The translations under genes and the position numbers were made by a program. From positions 1 through 45,692 of the IMG/VR virus record IMGVR_UViG_3300037423_000942: a stretch of DNA of 45,692 nt. The stretch is one strand, 5' to 3'. The DNA is from a virus (Duplodnaviria > Caudoviricetes). Shown one piece after another: positions 1 through 7,672 of the stretch (its first letter is position 1; each line of letters opens with the position of its first letter). The notes beneath the pieces are model-generated. The model had not been told where the DNA came from. It did no database searches and was given only the letters and a program-made list of their open reading frames with translations.

Positions 1-42
1 CGGGGCGATGCCGCCCAGCAGGCGCTTGCGGTGGGCGGTCAT
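1..42 (-). CDS. Partial early-left gene (MTAHRKRLLGGIAP...), truncated by the window edge
   Basis: ATG at 42 overlaps the TGA of the 39..260 gene (ATGA coupling). Confidence 0.55.
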   Translation of the reverse strand, partial: MTAHRKRLLGGIAP

Positions 43-260
43 TCAGCCGCCCCTTTCTCCGCCGCGGACGCGATCAGGGCTTTGCCTAGCGCCATCGCGA
101 AATCCGGATGCATCGAGATAGCGACGGGGCCGAAGTAGTCAGCGTTCTCGCCTTCGGTGTGCAACTCCAGATAATTTGGGGCGTCTGGAAAGTCGCGGAT
201 CTCGATGAAATGGCCGTCGTTGTAGATGCGACGGATGATTTCGGTTTCGGGCTTGCTCAT
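39..260 (-). CDS. Hypothetical phage protein, 73 aa
   Basis: ATGA-coupled ORF preceded by AAGGAG. Confidence 0.8.
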   Translation of the reverse strand: MSKPETEIIRRIYNDGHFIEIRDFPDAPNYLELHTEGENADYFGPVAISMHPDFAMALGKALIASAAEKGAAE

Positions 261-490
261 TGCTGCTCCTTGTTCATCTGATCTGCCGCGAGGGCGGCGT
301 CAGCATTGCGGACTGCCTCAAAGCTGAACAGGTCGGTTGGCGCGAGGCCCAACTTGCCGTTGTCGAACAGGGATGCGGCTAGCGGCAGCAGCAACTCCAT
401 GCGTTCGTTCGGCAGCGTTACCCGATACGTTTCGCCGTTCATCTCCACGAACAAAACTGCCTTCAGGTAGTTCACTTCAGCCTTGGGCAT
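257..490 (-). CDS. Hypothetical phage protein, 77 aa
   Basis: Coupled ORF in the leftward operon with AAAGGGAG SD. Confidence 0.75.
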   Translation of the reverse strand: MPKAEVNYLKAVLFVEMNGETYRVTLPNERMELLLPLAASLFDNGKLGLAPTDLFSFEAVRNADAALAADQMNKEQQ

Positions 491-1052
491 CGTGGCTCCC
501 TTTCACCCCGCGCGCGTCTTCTCCTGCTTCCTCTGTCTGATCTGCCCGGCCTTCGGCGTAGGCGGTTTCAAGGAAATCCCTCTTCGCTTGCTTGAAGTCG
601 TCGGTGTTAAATTCGTATTCGCTGCAAATCCACTTGAAGATGAATTGATCGATGCGGCTCTGCGCTCTCGCTGCGTGGGTAAGGGAGGTGGCGGGGGTGC
701 CCAGCCGAGCGAGTGCATCGCGTTGCCTGGCCCATGTGCGGATTGCCTCGCCGACATCGATCTCCCCGCCGACTCCATCGACCATGCAGCCGTCGAATCC
801 TTGGGCGAACTCTTCGACCTCGTCGCGCATCGATATCGCCGCATCGCCGCTGTCGTTGGTAGGAGCGGTTTCGGTGGCAGGCGCGATGCGCCGCACTTCC
901 CATGTCCGCAGTCCGGTGACGCGCCGCGCGTCGGCCTCGGTGCAGGGCTTCCAGTCGCCCCAATGCAGCACACCCGTCCCAACGCCCCACGCTTGCCGAC
1001 GTTCCCATCCGCTCGCCGCATCGCCGCTGTAAAGTGGGGTCCACTCAACCAT
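477..1052 (-). CDS. Mosaic hypothetical protein, 191 aa, with two SGDAA-bounded modules
   Basis: Overlaps both neighbours; AAAGGA SD; contains two copies of an 18-bp repeat. Confidence 0.7.
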   Translation of the reverse strand: MVEWTPLYSGDAASGWERRQAWGVGTGVLHWGDWKPCTEADARRVTGLRTWEVRRIAPATETAPTNDSGDAAISMRDEVEEFAQGFDGCMVDGVGGEIDVGEAIRTWARQRDALARLGTPATSLTHAARAQSRIDQFIFKWICSEYEFNTDDFKQAKRDFLETAYAEGRADQTEEAGEDARGVKGSHDAQG

Positions 1053-1334
1053 GTTCCGGTCCTTTCACGCCAAGGGCGGCGTCCCACTCGCGCGGATCGC
1101 CCCACTCCATCAGGACCGCCGTCCGCGACATTTGCTCCCGCCTGCACTTCGCCCCCAGCAGGTCGTTAGCCGCCTTCAATTCCTTGGTGTCGCCCTTTAC
1201 CAGCAGGGCCGACAGGGTGAGTGCCCACGCCTGCGGCATCAGCCGCCGTTCTAGGTGGTATTCATGGGGCGCTTCGATGCCGTCGCGGCAACACGGGCAG
1301 TGGCAGATTTGCAAACTCGCCGCATCGCCGCTGT
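836..1334. repeat. Three exact copies of the 18-bp TCGCCGCATCGCCGCTGT (836-853, 1013-1030, 1317-1334)
   Basis: Read directly; on the minus strand it encodes SGDAA in the same frame each time. Confidence 0.92.
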
Positions 1335-1353
1335 AGCTGCGTTGTGAGGTCAT
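1045..1353 (-). CDS. Hypothetical protein, 102 aa (CxCxCC motif)
   Basis: GGAG SD, ATGA coupling. Confidence 0.7.
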   Translation of the reverse strand: MTSQRSYSGDAASLQICHCPCCRDGIEAPHEYHLERRLMPQAWALTLSALLVKGDTKELKAANDLLGAKCRREQMSRTAVLMEWGDPREWDAALGVKGPEHG

Positions 1354-1508
1354 GCTGCGCTCCTGGCGGCGGCTTCCGATCTCCGATCAAGCTCCATGCA
1401 CCGATCCATCTGGCGGCGCGTCGCCTTGCCAACTGCCCAGAGTCGCGACAGGCGCTTATGCTCTGCACGTTCAAGTGCGGAAAGTCCACGAGTGCGTTGT
1501 TCGCTCAT
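1350..1508 (-). CDS. Small hypothetical protein, 52 aa (MSEQRTRGLSALERAEHKRLSRLW...), not in the ORF track
   Basis: ATGA overlaps at both ends; GGAGCGCAGCATGA junction occurs at both ends. Confidence 0.7.
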   Translation of the reverse strand: MSEQRTRGLSALERAEHKRLSRLWAVGKATRRQMDRCMELDRRSEAAARSAA

Positions 1509-1840
1509 GCTGCGCTCCCGCCTGCGAGCTCGTCTATGTACTTGCGCGCCATGGCACGCAACTCTTCGCGCCGCTCTTTGACGGACAGAAGCTGCTTGAT
1601 GTCGGTGGAGATTTCCGCCGCCATGTGGGTGACGATGCGGTCTGCCAGTTCGGCTTCCAAGCGAGTGGCCAGAGCGCGCTTCAGGCCATCAGCATCGACC
1701 AGCTTCCAGACATCCGCCATGAAGTCGGCGGGCAGCTTGAAGCGGTTCGCGTAGTTGGGCGCAACCCACTGTCCTTCGCTGACGATCTTCAGGACTGATT
1801 TCTCGGCCGCAGTCTTCACGGCCAGCTCAAAGTCGGTCAT
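1505..1840 (-). CDS. Hypothetical protein, 111 aa (MTDFELAVKTAAEK...)
   Basis: Start moved to ATG 1840 (GGAGG SD, coupled to the upstream stop). Confidence 0.8.
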   Translation of the reverse strand: MTDFELAVKTAAEKSVLKIVSEGQWVAPNYANRFKLPADFMADVWKLVDADGLKRALATRLEAELADRIVTHMAAEISTDIKQLLSVKERREELRAMARKYIDELAGGSAA

Positions 1841-2340
1841 CGCGTGCCTCCCCGAAACTCCGCGCGTTGATCGCATTCCCGCGCCAAGTCGCTGCGCTCG
1901 ATGCGAAGCAGCTGCTTGAAAGAAGCTCCCCACATCTTGGCGGGCTGATAGCCCAGCTCTTTCGCAAGAGCCGCAAGGGCCTCCAGGGCGGTATCGCCAA
2001 AGCCTGCGGGGGACTCCTGCAGGTTGTCGAAGTCCTTTCGCGTGGCGCACCACGCCGCGCCGTCCTTGAAGACTCGCGCGCCAACTCGATCCGCATAAAT
2101 CTCCGCGTCTTCATCGGAGCAATGCCACTTAGCGGCGAGTTCAGAGATCCGCTGCTTCGTGGCCCCCGCCGCAAGGGCTTCGATGAGAATGGTCCACGCA
2201 CCTTCGCGGTCAGACGCATCCACCGGCCACAGAGCGCGTGCGAAGTCGCTCTCTCGGATGTCGGCGGCCACACCGTCATAGTCGCGCTTGAAGATCAAGT
2301 CGCCGTTGGTGTGGAGGTAGTACCAGCCTTCAATGTTCAT
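1837..2340 (-). CDS. Hypothetical protein, 167 aa (MNIEGWYYLHTNGDLIFK...)
   Basis: Start moved to ATG 2340 (GGAGA SD, ATGA coupling). Confidence 0.8.
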   Translation of the reverse strand: MNIEGWYYLHTNGDLIFKRDYDGVAADIRESDFARALWPVDASDREGAWTILIEALAAGATKQRISELAAKWHCSDEDAEIYADRVGARVFKDGAAWCATRKDFDNLQESPAGFGDTALEALAALAKELGYQPAKMWGASFKQLLRIERSDLARECDQRAEFRGGTR

Positions 2341-2636
2341 GCCATCTCTCCAATCGTGTCGCGGTGGTTGCGCTCGTCGCCCATGAGCTTGAACGACATG
2401 AAGTCGTCGGACTGCTCGCGCACGGGGCCATTCCATTTGCAGGTGGAACAGTGAACCCATGCCTTGCCGTCCAGGCCGAAGCCGCTGTAGCGCCGCTTCA
2501 TCGCGTGGACTGGCGGCTCGTCGTTGATCGGCTCCAGCATTGTTCCGCCGACGCTGATCAGCTCGCCTTCGGGCTCGAATCGATTGGACGGGTTCAGCCT
2601 CTCTAGGGCTGCGCCGAAGATGTTTACGGGGGTCAT
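2337..2636 (-). CDS. Hypothetical protein, 99 aa, with a CxxC motif
   Basis: ATG 2636 with GGAGG SD; ATGA coupling. Confidence 0.65.
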   Translation of the reverse strand: MTPVNIFGAALERLNPSNRFEPEGELISVGGTMLEPINDEPPVHAMKRRYSGFGLDGKAWVHCSTCKWNGPVREQSDDFMSFKLMGDERNHRDTIGEMA

Positions 2637-3136
2637 GCGGCCTCCGTCTTCGATGTTGCGAACAAGTCGGGCGGCCCTTCGATAGACACCGAGGTTTCTT
2701 CCTGCACCAGCTTGGCGAGCGAGGAAACATCCGAGGTCGATGGATACAGCGCAACGCTGCAGGCGAGCGTCATCACGCCGCCGTCTTGCGGCTCCATCGA
2801 GAACTTGCGCACATCGCAACCGACGAACGAATCCATGCCGATGCGCACGTTCGCGCTGCTGATCTCGTTGCCGTAGCTGACCGGAGCAAGGAACGTGTTG
2901 CGCGCGATCAGCGCGTCGGACTCGCCGCGCCAGAGGAACGCTTCCAACGCTTCATCGAAGTAGGCGCAGAGGCGGCGATCGATGTGCTTGATTTCCAGCT
3001 TCACGTCCACCGCAAGGATTCGCTCGTCCTCGGGTCCTTCCTTGCGCACGTTCAGGTGCTTGATCGTGGCGACGCCGCTGACCTTGAAGGGCGGGCGCGG
3101 CGGGCTGGCCGTCAGTCCTTGATCCGATTGCTCCAT
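2633..3136 (-). CDS. Hypothetical phage protein, 167 aa
   Basis: Strong AGGAG SD; codon bias matches the genome. Confidence 0.8.
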   Translation of the reverse strand: MEQSDQGLTASPPRPPFKVSGVATIKHLNVRKEGPEDERILAVDVKLEIKHIDRRLCAYFDEALEAFLWRGESDALIARNTFLAPVSYGNEISSANVRIGMDSFVGCDVRKFSMEPQDGGVMTLACSVALYPSTSDVSSLAKLVQEETSVSIEGPPDLFATSKTEAA

Positions 3137-3157
3137 GCTCTCCTGCTCCTTTAGTGG

Positions 3158-3316
3158 TTAAAAGCTCTTGCGGGCCTTGCGCCGCACCTCGGACGCTTCT
3201 TCCGCCTTCACTCGCTTCACGTTGCGCTCGATGCGGTCGTACGCTTCAAGCACGGCGTTGCTGTAGCGCTTGTGCTCGCGGGCCGCTTTGGCGGCCTTGA
3301 GATGGACGACCTTCAT
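3158..3316 (-). CDS. Small basic protein, 52 aa (MKVVHLKAAKAAREHKRY...), not in the ORF track
   Basis: ATGA coupling to 3313..3702; fills the operon gap; G/C-ending codons. Confidence 0.65.
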   Translation of the reverse strand: MKVVHLKAAKAAREHKRYSNAVLEAYDRIERNVKRVKAEEASEVRRKARKSF

Positions 3317-3702
3317 GCGTGCATCTCGTACGCGCGAATGCCGAACTTGGCGGCGATCTGCTGGCGCTTCACGAACTCGGCGTCGCTCTCTGCGCGAACG
3401 AAATCAGCGGCGGCGCGGCCGAACAGATCGCGGGGACGTTGAGCGAACTTCGCGGCGAGGGCGGCGTACTCGGGCGAGGACTTCAGTTCCGTCAGGGCGT
3501 CGGCGCACTTGCGGGCGTGCTCGGCCTTGATTTCGGCGTTGATCTGCGGCTGGCTCTTGCCCGTATTGCGCGCTGCGCACACTTGGCCGTAGTGAACGAC
3601 TTCGCCGTCATCCAGTTGCACGGCCACGGTGAACTTCAGGTTCGACTTGCCGCAGCAATCGCAGCTGTTCACGCTGTCGTCGGTTCCGAGTGCCCTTGCC
3701 AT
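3313..3702 (-). CDS. Zn-binding hypothetical protein (CDCCGK...YGQVC), first gene after PL
   Basis: CxxC...C motif; AAAGGAG SD. Confidence 0.8.
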   Translation of the reverse strand: MARALGTDDSVNSCDCCGKSNLKFTVAVQLDDGEVVHYGQVCAARNTGKSQPQINAEIKAEHARKCADALTELKSSPEYAALAAKFAQRPRDLFGRAAADFVRAESDAEFVKRQQIAAKFGIRAYEMHA

Positions 3703-3754
3703 CTGCCTGCTCCTTTAGGGGGTTATCTCGCCTGTTGGGTGGCGGTGTGGGAGC

Positions 3755-3794
3755 AGTATACCGAGAACGGTACGTAATGCAACCGCAATCGGTA
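3755..3794 (-). promoter_or_regulatory. PL-like promoter (TTGCAT-N16-TATACT) with two operators TACCG-AGAA-CGGTA (3759-3772) and AACCG-CAAT-CGGTA (3781-3794)
   Basis: Same hexamers, spacing and 14-bp palindrome as found between cI and cro. Confidence 0.8.
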
Positions 3795-3847
3795 CGAAAG
3801 TGGATGGGCTTGACTACCTATGTGTATACGTAGTGGCGCGCCGGCAC

Positions 3848-3872
3848 AAAAAAGCCCGCGCTAGGCGGGCTT
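3848..3872 (-). terminator. Intrinsic terminator closing the cI/immunity transcript
   Basis: GCCCGC/GCGGGC hairpin followed by a U run on the minus strand, just downstream of 3897..4676. Confidence 0.85.
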
Positions 3873-3896
3873 GAGGAGGTGGGTGCGGTTGGTGGG

Positions 3897-4676
3897 CTAC
3901 GCTGCGAGAGCTTCCTCAATCTTCCGGCGCATCGCCGAGCGGTCAATTGACGCTATCTGATCGTTCGCCGCATTGGTGAGTCGCGCGACGTCAGGCCGAG
4001 GCAGCTGCGTCATGTCCGAGTAGACGACCATGCTGTGGAACGCGAAGTCGTGCTTCTGTAGGTACTGAATGATCACCGTTGCGAGGCGGGCTTTCGTCGC
4101 GCTGGGAACACCGAAGATCAGCAGAGGCCGCTTCGCATCCACGCCATAGTCGACCACGTAGTTCTGTGCGTCAGGCACCGTGGGAGCTACGTACTCACGG
4201 ATGAGCCTGTCGCCACCGACAATCTGTTCAAGCGACTCGCGCAGGTCATCGTAGAACGTGCTTTCGACCTGCACTCGGTTGAGGAAAGAAAGGTCGTGTA
4301 TGCGCGTGAGAGCTTGCCCGAACCGGAACAGCCCCTCGCCGATCTTTTCGGCCTGGATGTCGAAGTACAGTTCGCCGCTGTCGTCGCCTATGCCGCCTTC
4401 GGCGAGGATCTGGCCGAACACCTTCCCGCGCGTTCCTTCGCGCAGTTTGTCGACGTCGTGTTCGTAGCTCAGGCGCATCATCGTGATGCCCTTGTCGGTC
4501 AGGCGCAATCCCCCACTCGGCAGGCGCTCAAGGTAGATGGAATACCCGTCGCCATCGGGGAAGTAGAACGGCGTGTCCAATAGGACGCTGCCATCGTCCC
4601 GGGAAACGACGGACACGTCGGCACACAGCGACTGACACAGCCGCTGCTTGAGTTCGCCGACATCCAATGCGTTCAT
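3897..4676 (-). CDS. DUF1828/DUF1829-like protein, 259 aa
   Basis: N-terminal TPF.FPDGD..SIYL...LRLTDKG.T signature; C-terminal alpha/beta domain; recognised by eye. Confidence 0.75.
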   Translation of the reverse strand: MNALDVGELKQRLCQSLCADVSVVSRDDGSVLLDTPFYFPDGDGYSIYLERLPSGGLRLTDKGITMMRLSYEHDVDKLREGTRGKVFGQILAEGGIGDDSGELYFDIQAEKIGEGLFRFGQALTRIHDLSFLNRVQVESTFYDDLRESLEQIVGGDRLIREYVAPTVPDAQNYVVDYGVDAKRPLLIFGVPSATKARLATVIIQYLQKHDFAFHSMVVYSDMTQLPRPDVARLTNAANDQIASIDRSAMRRKIEEALAA

Positions 4677-5137
4677 ATGAGCCCTGATTCTGCCGCAGGC
4701 TGCTCAAGACCGGCAACATTCCAATCGGCAAGCAGCGCTCGCAAGGCGCCGTTCACGTCGCTGAATCGGGTGGTCGCGGTAGCGTAGTGCTCCGTCTTCG
4801 CGCCAGCTTGAGCATACCGTTCCGTGGCCGTGTGAACATGGAACGTGAAGTCCACTCGATCTCCCTCAATGGTATTCCGGTGAGGATGATCTGCTCCGTT
4901 GTATCGGGCAAGAATTACCTTGCCGCCCCCGGAAGGCAACCACAGCAGACCGCACGAAAAGCCGTCGGGCACGCGCGCGCTCTGCCGTACAAAAATGCTG
5001 AATCGCTCACCGCCTCCGGTCACTTCATAGTTGCGCTCTTGGTGTTTTTCCTTCTTGGTGTTGCGTGCGCGCGGATTCTCGATGCGCTTCGGCAGCGCCT
5101 TGAGTCTCGCCACGACGACGTCAGTGATCTCTACCAT
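4673..5137 (-). CDS. DUF6978-like protein, 154 aa
   Basis: LARYNG..HPHRN...FHVH motif; ATGA-coupled to the DUF1828-like gene, a pairing seen in other prophages. Confidence 0.65.
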   Translation of the reverse strand: MVEITDVVVARLKALPKRIENPRARNTKKEKHQERNYEVTGGGERFSIFVRQSARVPDGFSCGLLWLPSGGGKVILARYNGADHPHRNTIEGDRVDFTFHVHTATERYAQAGAKTEHYATATTRFSDVNGALRALLADWNVAGLEQPAAESGLI

Positions 5138-5423
5138 GTTTGATGCTCCGACACACCCTTCGCTCTTCGCGATCCTTGGCCTTCGCCTCGGCCGCCGTCT
5201 GCCACTGCATGTTGCTGACGCGATCGGCTCCGCCAGCGCACAGCGGCTGAATGTGGTCGATGACCCACCCAGGACACGCGCCACGGTGCAGGCCGGTGGA
5301 CGGGCAGGGCTGCGCTCGCTTGAAGGCTGCTCGAGCGGCGGTGCTCCGGCTCGGCCCAGCTGCTTGCGAGTTCACGACTGCAAGCATCATGGCGATGCAA
5401 AGTGCGATGCGCAGTTGCGTCAA
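5121..5423 (-). CDS. HNH endonuclease-like protein with an N-terminal signal peptide, 100 aa
   Basis: Hydrophobic leader ending SQA-A; CPSTG...CPGWVIDHIQPLCAGGAD...NMQWQ HNH-type core. Confidence 0.8.
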   Translation of the reverse strand: MTQLRIALCIAMMLAVVNSQAAGPSRSTAARAAFKRAQPCPSTGLHRGACPGWVIDHIQPLCAGGADRVSNMQWQTAAEAKAKDREERRVCRSIKHGRDH

Positions 5424-5689
5424 AGCGCGGCAAACCGATTCATCTTCGGGTGCGGCTCGCCGACACGCCTGATGTGCGCCGCATTGATCGCGCGTCGCAT
5501 GCCGACAAACAGGATGAGCGCTCCGCCAAAGAGTGACCCAGACAGAATTAGGGCACCCGCTTCAACGTTTCCGGCAATGTACTGAATGAGCGTTACGAGG
5601 AGAGTGACAAACGCCGCTGCAGCGTACGCGCCCAAGATGGCTCGAACAATCCGCAGGGAGCCGAATAGTGCGCGATTCGGAATGCTCAT
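5420..5689 (-). CDS. Small two-TM membrane protein, 89 aa
   Basis: Two long hydrophobic stretches; start moved to ATG 5689. Confidence 0.7.
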   Translation of the reverse strand: MSIPNRALFGSLRIVRAILGAYAAAAFVTLLVTLIQYIAGNVEAGALILSGSLFGGALILFVGMRRAINAAHIRRVGEPHPKMNRFAAL

Positions 5690-5715
5690 ACGTGTGCCCC
5701 GATATCCCACTGCCG

Positions 5716-6255
5716 TCACCAGCAAGAGGTCTGCGCCTGGCTGCCGTTCACGCGGGTAGTGCAATTGGTCATAGGTGGAAATGCCGCAGGGGCGGGAGCT
5801 TGCTGCATGGAGCGCAGGATCTGCGCTGCTGCTGCATCTTCCGCGGCTTCGGCTTGGCGGCGCAGGATGCGATTTCGCTCCAGCTGCAGTGCGAAATTCA
5901 CATCGACATCCCGACCCGCGACGTTGGGCCGCTGAAACGTGTAGTGCTGCTCGTAGCCTTGCGGCGGGCACAGGCTCATGTAGCTGACCGAAGCGGTGGC
6001 GCCGCTCGCCCACTTCACCTCGGAGCCGCGCGCCTTGATGCACTGACCACTACGCCATTCGTCGGTGACGGCGTAATTCAGAACAAGCGGCGTCTGGCCG
6101 ACAGGCCGGCCGCCTTCGTACATCGTGGCGCCCTCCGGGTCCGAGTGGTAAACCACCCGCACGCCCGTTGTGGACGCGCAGCCAGCAAGCCCTAGAAGGC
6201 CGACCCAGAGAACGACGAGGGCTGGAAGGCTTGATCCACGAGCTCGCTTGACCAA
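5716..6255 (-). CDS. PEGA-domain lipoprotein (start uncertain)
   Basis: Lipobox LAGC followed by V...SDPEGA...G...G.TPL PEGA signature. Confidence 0.75.
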   Translation of the reverse strand: MVKRARGSSLPALVVLWVGLLGLAGCASTTGVRVVYHSDPEGATMYEGGRPVGQTPLVLNYAVTDEWRSGQCIKARGSEVKWASGATASVSYMSLCPPQGYEQHYTFQRPNVAGRDVDVNFALQLERNRILRRQAEAAEDAAAAQILRSMQQAPAPAAFPPMTNCTTRVNGSQAQTSCW

Positions 6256-6449
6256 TGCAGCGCGGTTCGCAAAGCCACCTCGGCGTCCTTGTAGCGTCCC
6301 GTCCAAATCGCCTTTTCCCGGCCGATTGAATCCGTATAGGCCAGGGCGATGTCCAGAACCTCCCCCCGCTCGGCCCTCGCAGCCAGAGCCTTCAGCGCCG
6401 CGACCGTTTCGTGATTCGCTGATCGGGGCAGCAGCCGTACTACGTTCAT
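6192..6449 (-). CDS. Hypothetical protein, 85 aa, downstream of cI
   Basis: GGAG SD; plausible globular sequence. Confidence 0.65.
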   Translation of the reverse strand: MNVVRLLPRSANHETVAALKALAARAERGEVLDIALAYTDSIGREKAIWTGRYKDAEVALRTALHWSSELVDQAFQPSSFSGSAF

Positions 6450-6522
6450 GTCCCAAACTCCATCGCGTCATTTTGTAACAGGACATTACACTAGCCTCCG
6501 TGTTTCTTGCTGAGCTAATTTG

Positions 6523-7365
6523 TTAGGACTTGCGCTTAGTTGACACAGCTGGCGCGTGCTCCGTTCTGTCCTGCGCCGTGCGCCGCGGCTTGCGCGCGGG
6601 CGGGTTCGGAAGAGCGTGGGCCTGCTCGAGGATGCGCTCTTCCTCCGCGCTGGCCGACGGCCGAACTGCGGCTTCTACGTGCCACAGCGCGCTCTTGGCG
6701 ATCCCCGCCACGTAGTGCATGACCGCAATATCGGGCTGCGCGATGGACAGCTTCGGGTGGGCTTCGTTGACTGACTCCAGGTAGACCATTCCGTCGCGGA
6801 TATACGCGAGCACCTTGACCATCACGCGCCCGTCTTTGGCCTTTACCAGAACTTCATCGCCGGGGGCCACCGGATGGTTCGGTTCGACCACCACGAACTC
6901 CCCATGGCGAATGCGTGGCTTCATGCTGTCGCCCTTGCAGCGCAGGGCGTAGGCGTTCTGGTCCCGGCTGGGCCAGTCGATGTAACCGTCGCCGTGGCCG
7001 ACAGGGTGCTCAAGCTCGTAGAAGTGGCCGTCGTCCCCTAGCTTGGCCGTGCCCACGACGGGCAGGCCGGCAACAGAGCTGGGCATGTAGCTCGCCCGAG
7101 GTGCCGCCGCCACGTCGAGGTCGTGCCCCAGGTTCGGCTGCAGCAGCTGGTCAGGCGAGACGTCGAAGAACGAGGCGATCTTCTTGAGCGTTTCAAGGCG
7201 GCTGCCCGCTTCTCCCTTGAGCGCGCGGTGCAGGCTGCCCGCTCCGATCGCAACGCCAGCGTCGGCCATAGCGCGGCGCACGAAGTCAATGCTGCGCCCG
7301 GCCATCAGGCGCTTCATGTTCGCGGCCAGCACCGGATTTGGTGGGCCTGACGAGTCCTCTTCCAT
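6523..7365 (-). CDS. cI: CI-like repressor (HTH plus S24 peptidase)
   Basis: N-terminal HTH (LETLKKIASFFDVSPDQLL); catalytic GDSM serine and downstream lysine; divergent from cro; start at 7365 inferred. Confidence 0.92.
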   Translation of the reverse strand: MEEDSSGPPNPVLAANMKRLMAGRSIDFVRRAMADAGVAIGAGSLHRALKGEAGSRLETLKKIASFFDVSPDQLLQPNLGHDLDVAAAPRASYMPSSVAGLPVVGTAKLGDDGHFYELEHPVGHGDGYIDWPSRDQNAYALRCKGDSMKPRIRHGEFVVVEPNHPVAPGDEVLVKAKDGRVMVKVLAYIRDGMVYLESVNEAHPKLSIAQPDIAVMHYVAGIAKSALWHVEAAVRPSASAEEERILEQAHALPNPPARKPRRTAQDRTEHAPAVSTKRKS

Positions 7366-7382
7366 TGCGTCATCGTCCCCCC

Positions 7383-7426
7383 TTGCATTCCGCAAGCGGT
7401 ATGGCATACTTGTACCGAATTCGGAA
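7383..7426 (+). promoter_or_regulatory. PR-like promoter (TTGCAT-N16-CATACT, extended TG) with operators TTCCG-CAAG-CGGTA (7388-7401) and TACCG-AATT-CGGAA (7413-7426)
   Basis: Lies in the cI-cro intergenic region; matches the PL elements. Confidence 0.8.
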
Positions 7427-7435
7427 CGAAATGGA

Positions 7436-7672
7436 ATGGAACAAGTCGAGTCGATCACGGATTACCTGAAGCGTCGGCTGCGCAATGAGGTTGGCGCATC
7501 ACGCTTTGATGCGCTCGGCGATGCCACCGGAGTCACTGCGAGCTTCATCCGCAAGTTCGTGTACGGCAGCCGCGAGAACCCGCGCGTGGGAACCATCCAG
7601 CCGCTGCTCGATTACTTCGCCGCTGTGGACCGCGGCGAGATCCACATCGACGACTTGGAAGCGAGGAGCTGA
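7436..7672 (+). CDS. cro: Cro-like HTH repressor, 78 aa
   Basis: HTH (ALGDATGVTASFIRKFVYGSRENPRVGTIQPL); divergent from cI. Confidence 0.85.
   Translation: MEQVESITDYLKRRLRNEVGASRFDALGDATGVTASFIRKFVYGSRENPRVGTIQPLLDYFAAVDRGEIHIDDLEARS

Noticed and set aside
836-1334. CRISPR mini-array from the 18-bp repeats
   Set aside because: Spacers are 159 and 286 bp, the repeats are in frame within genes, and no cas genes are present
6145-6156. GTGGTAAACCAC as an eighth copy of the dispersed palindrome
   Set aside because: Lacks the central CGTT/GTTA core and is only 12 bp
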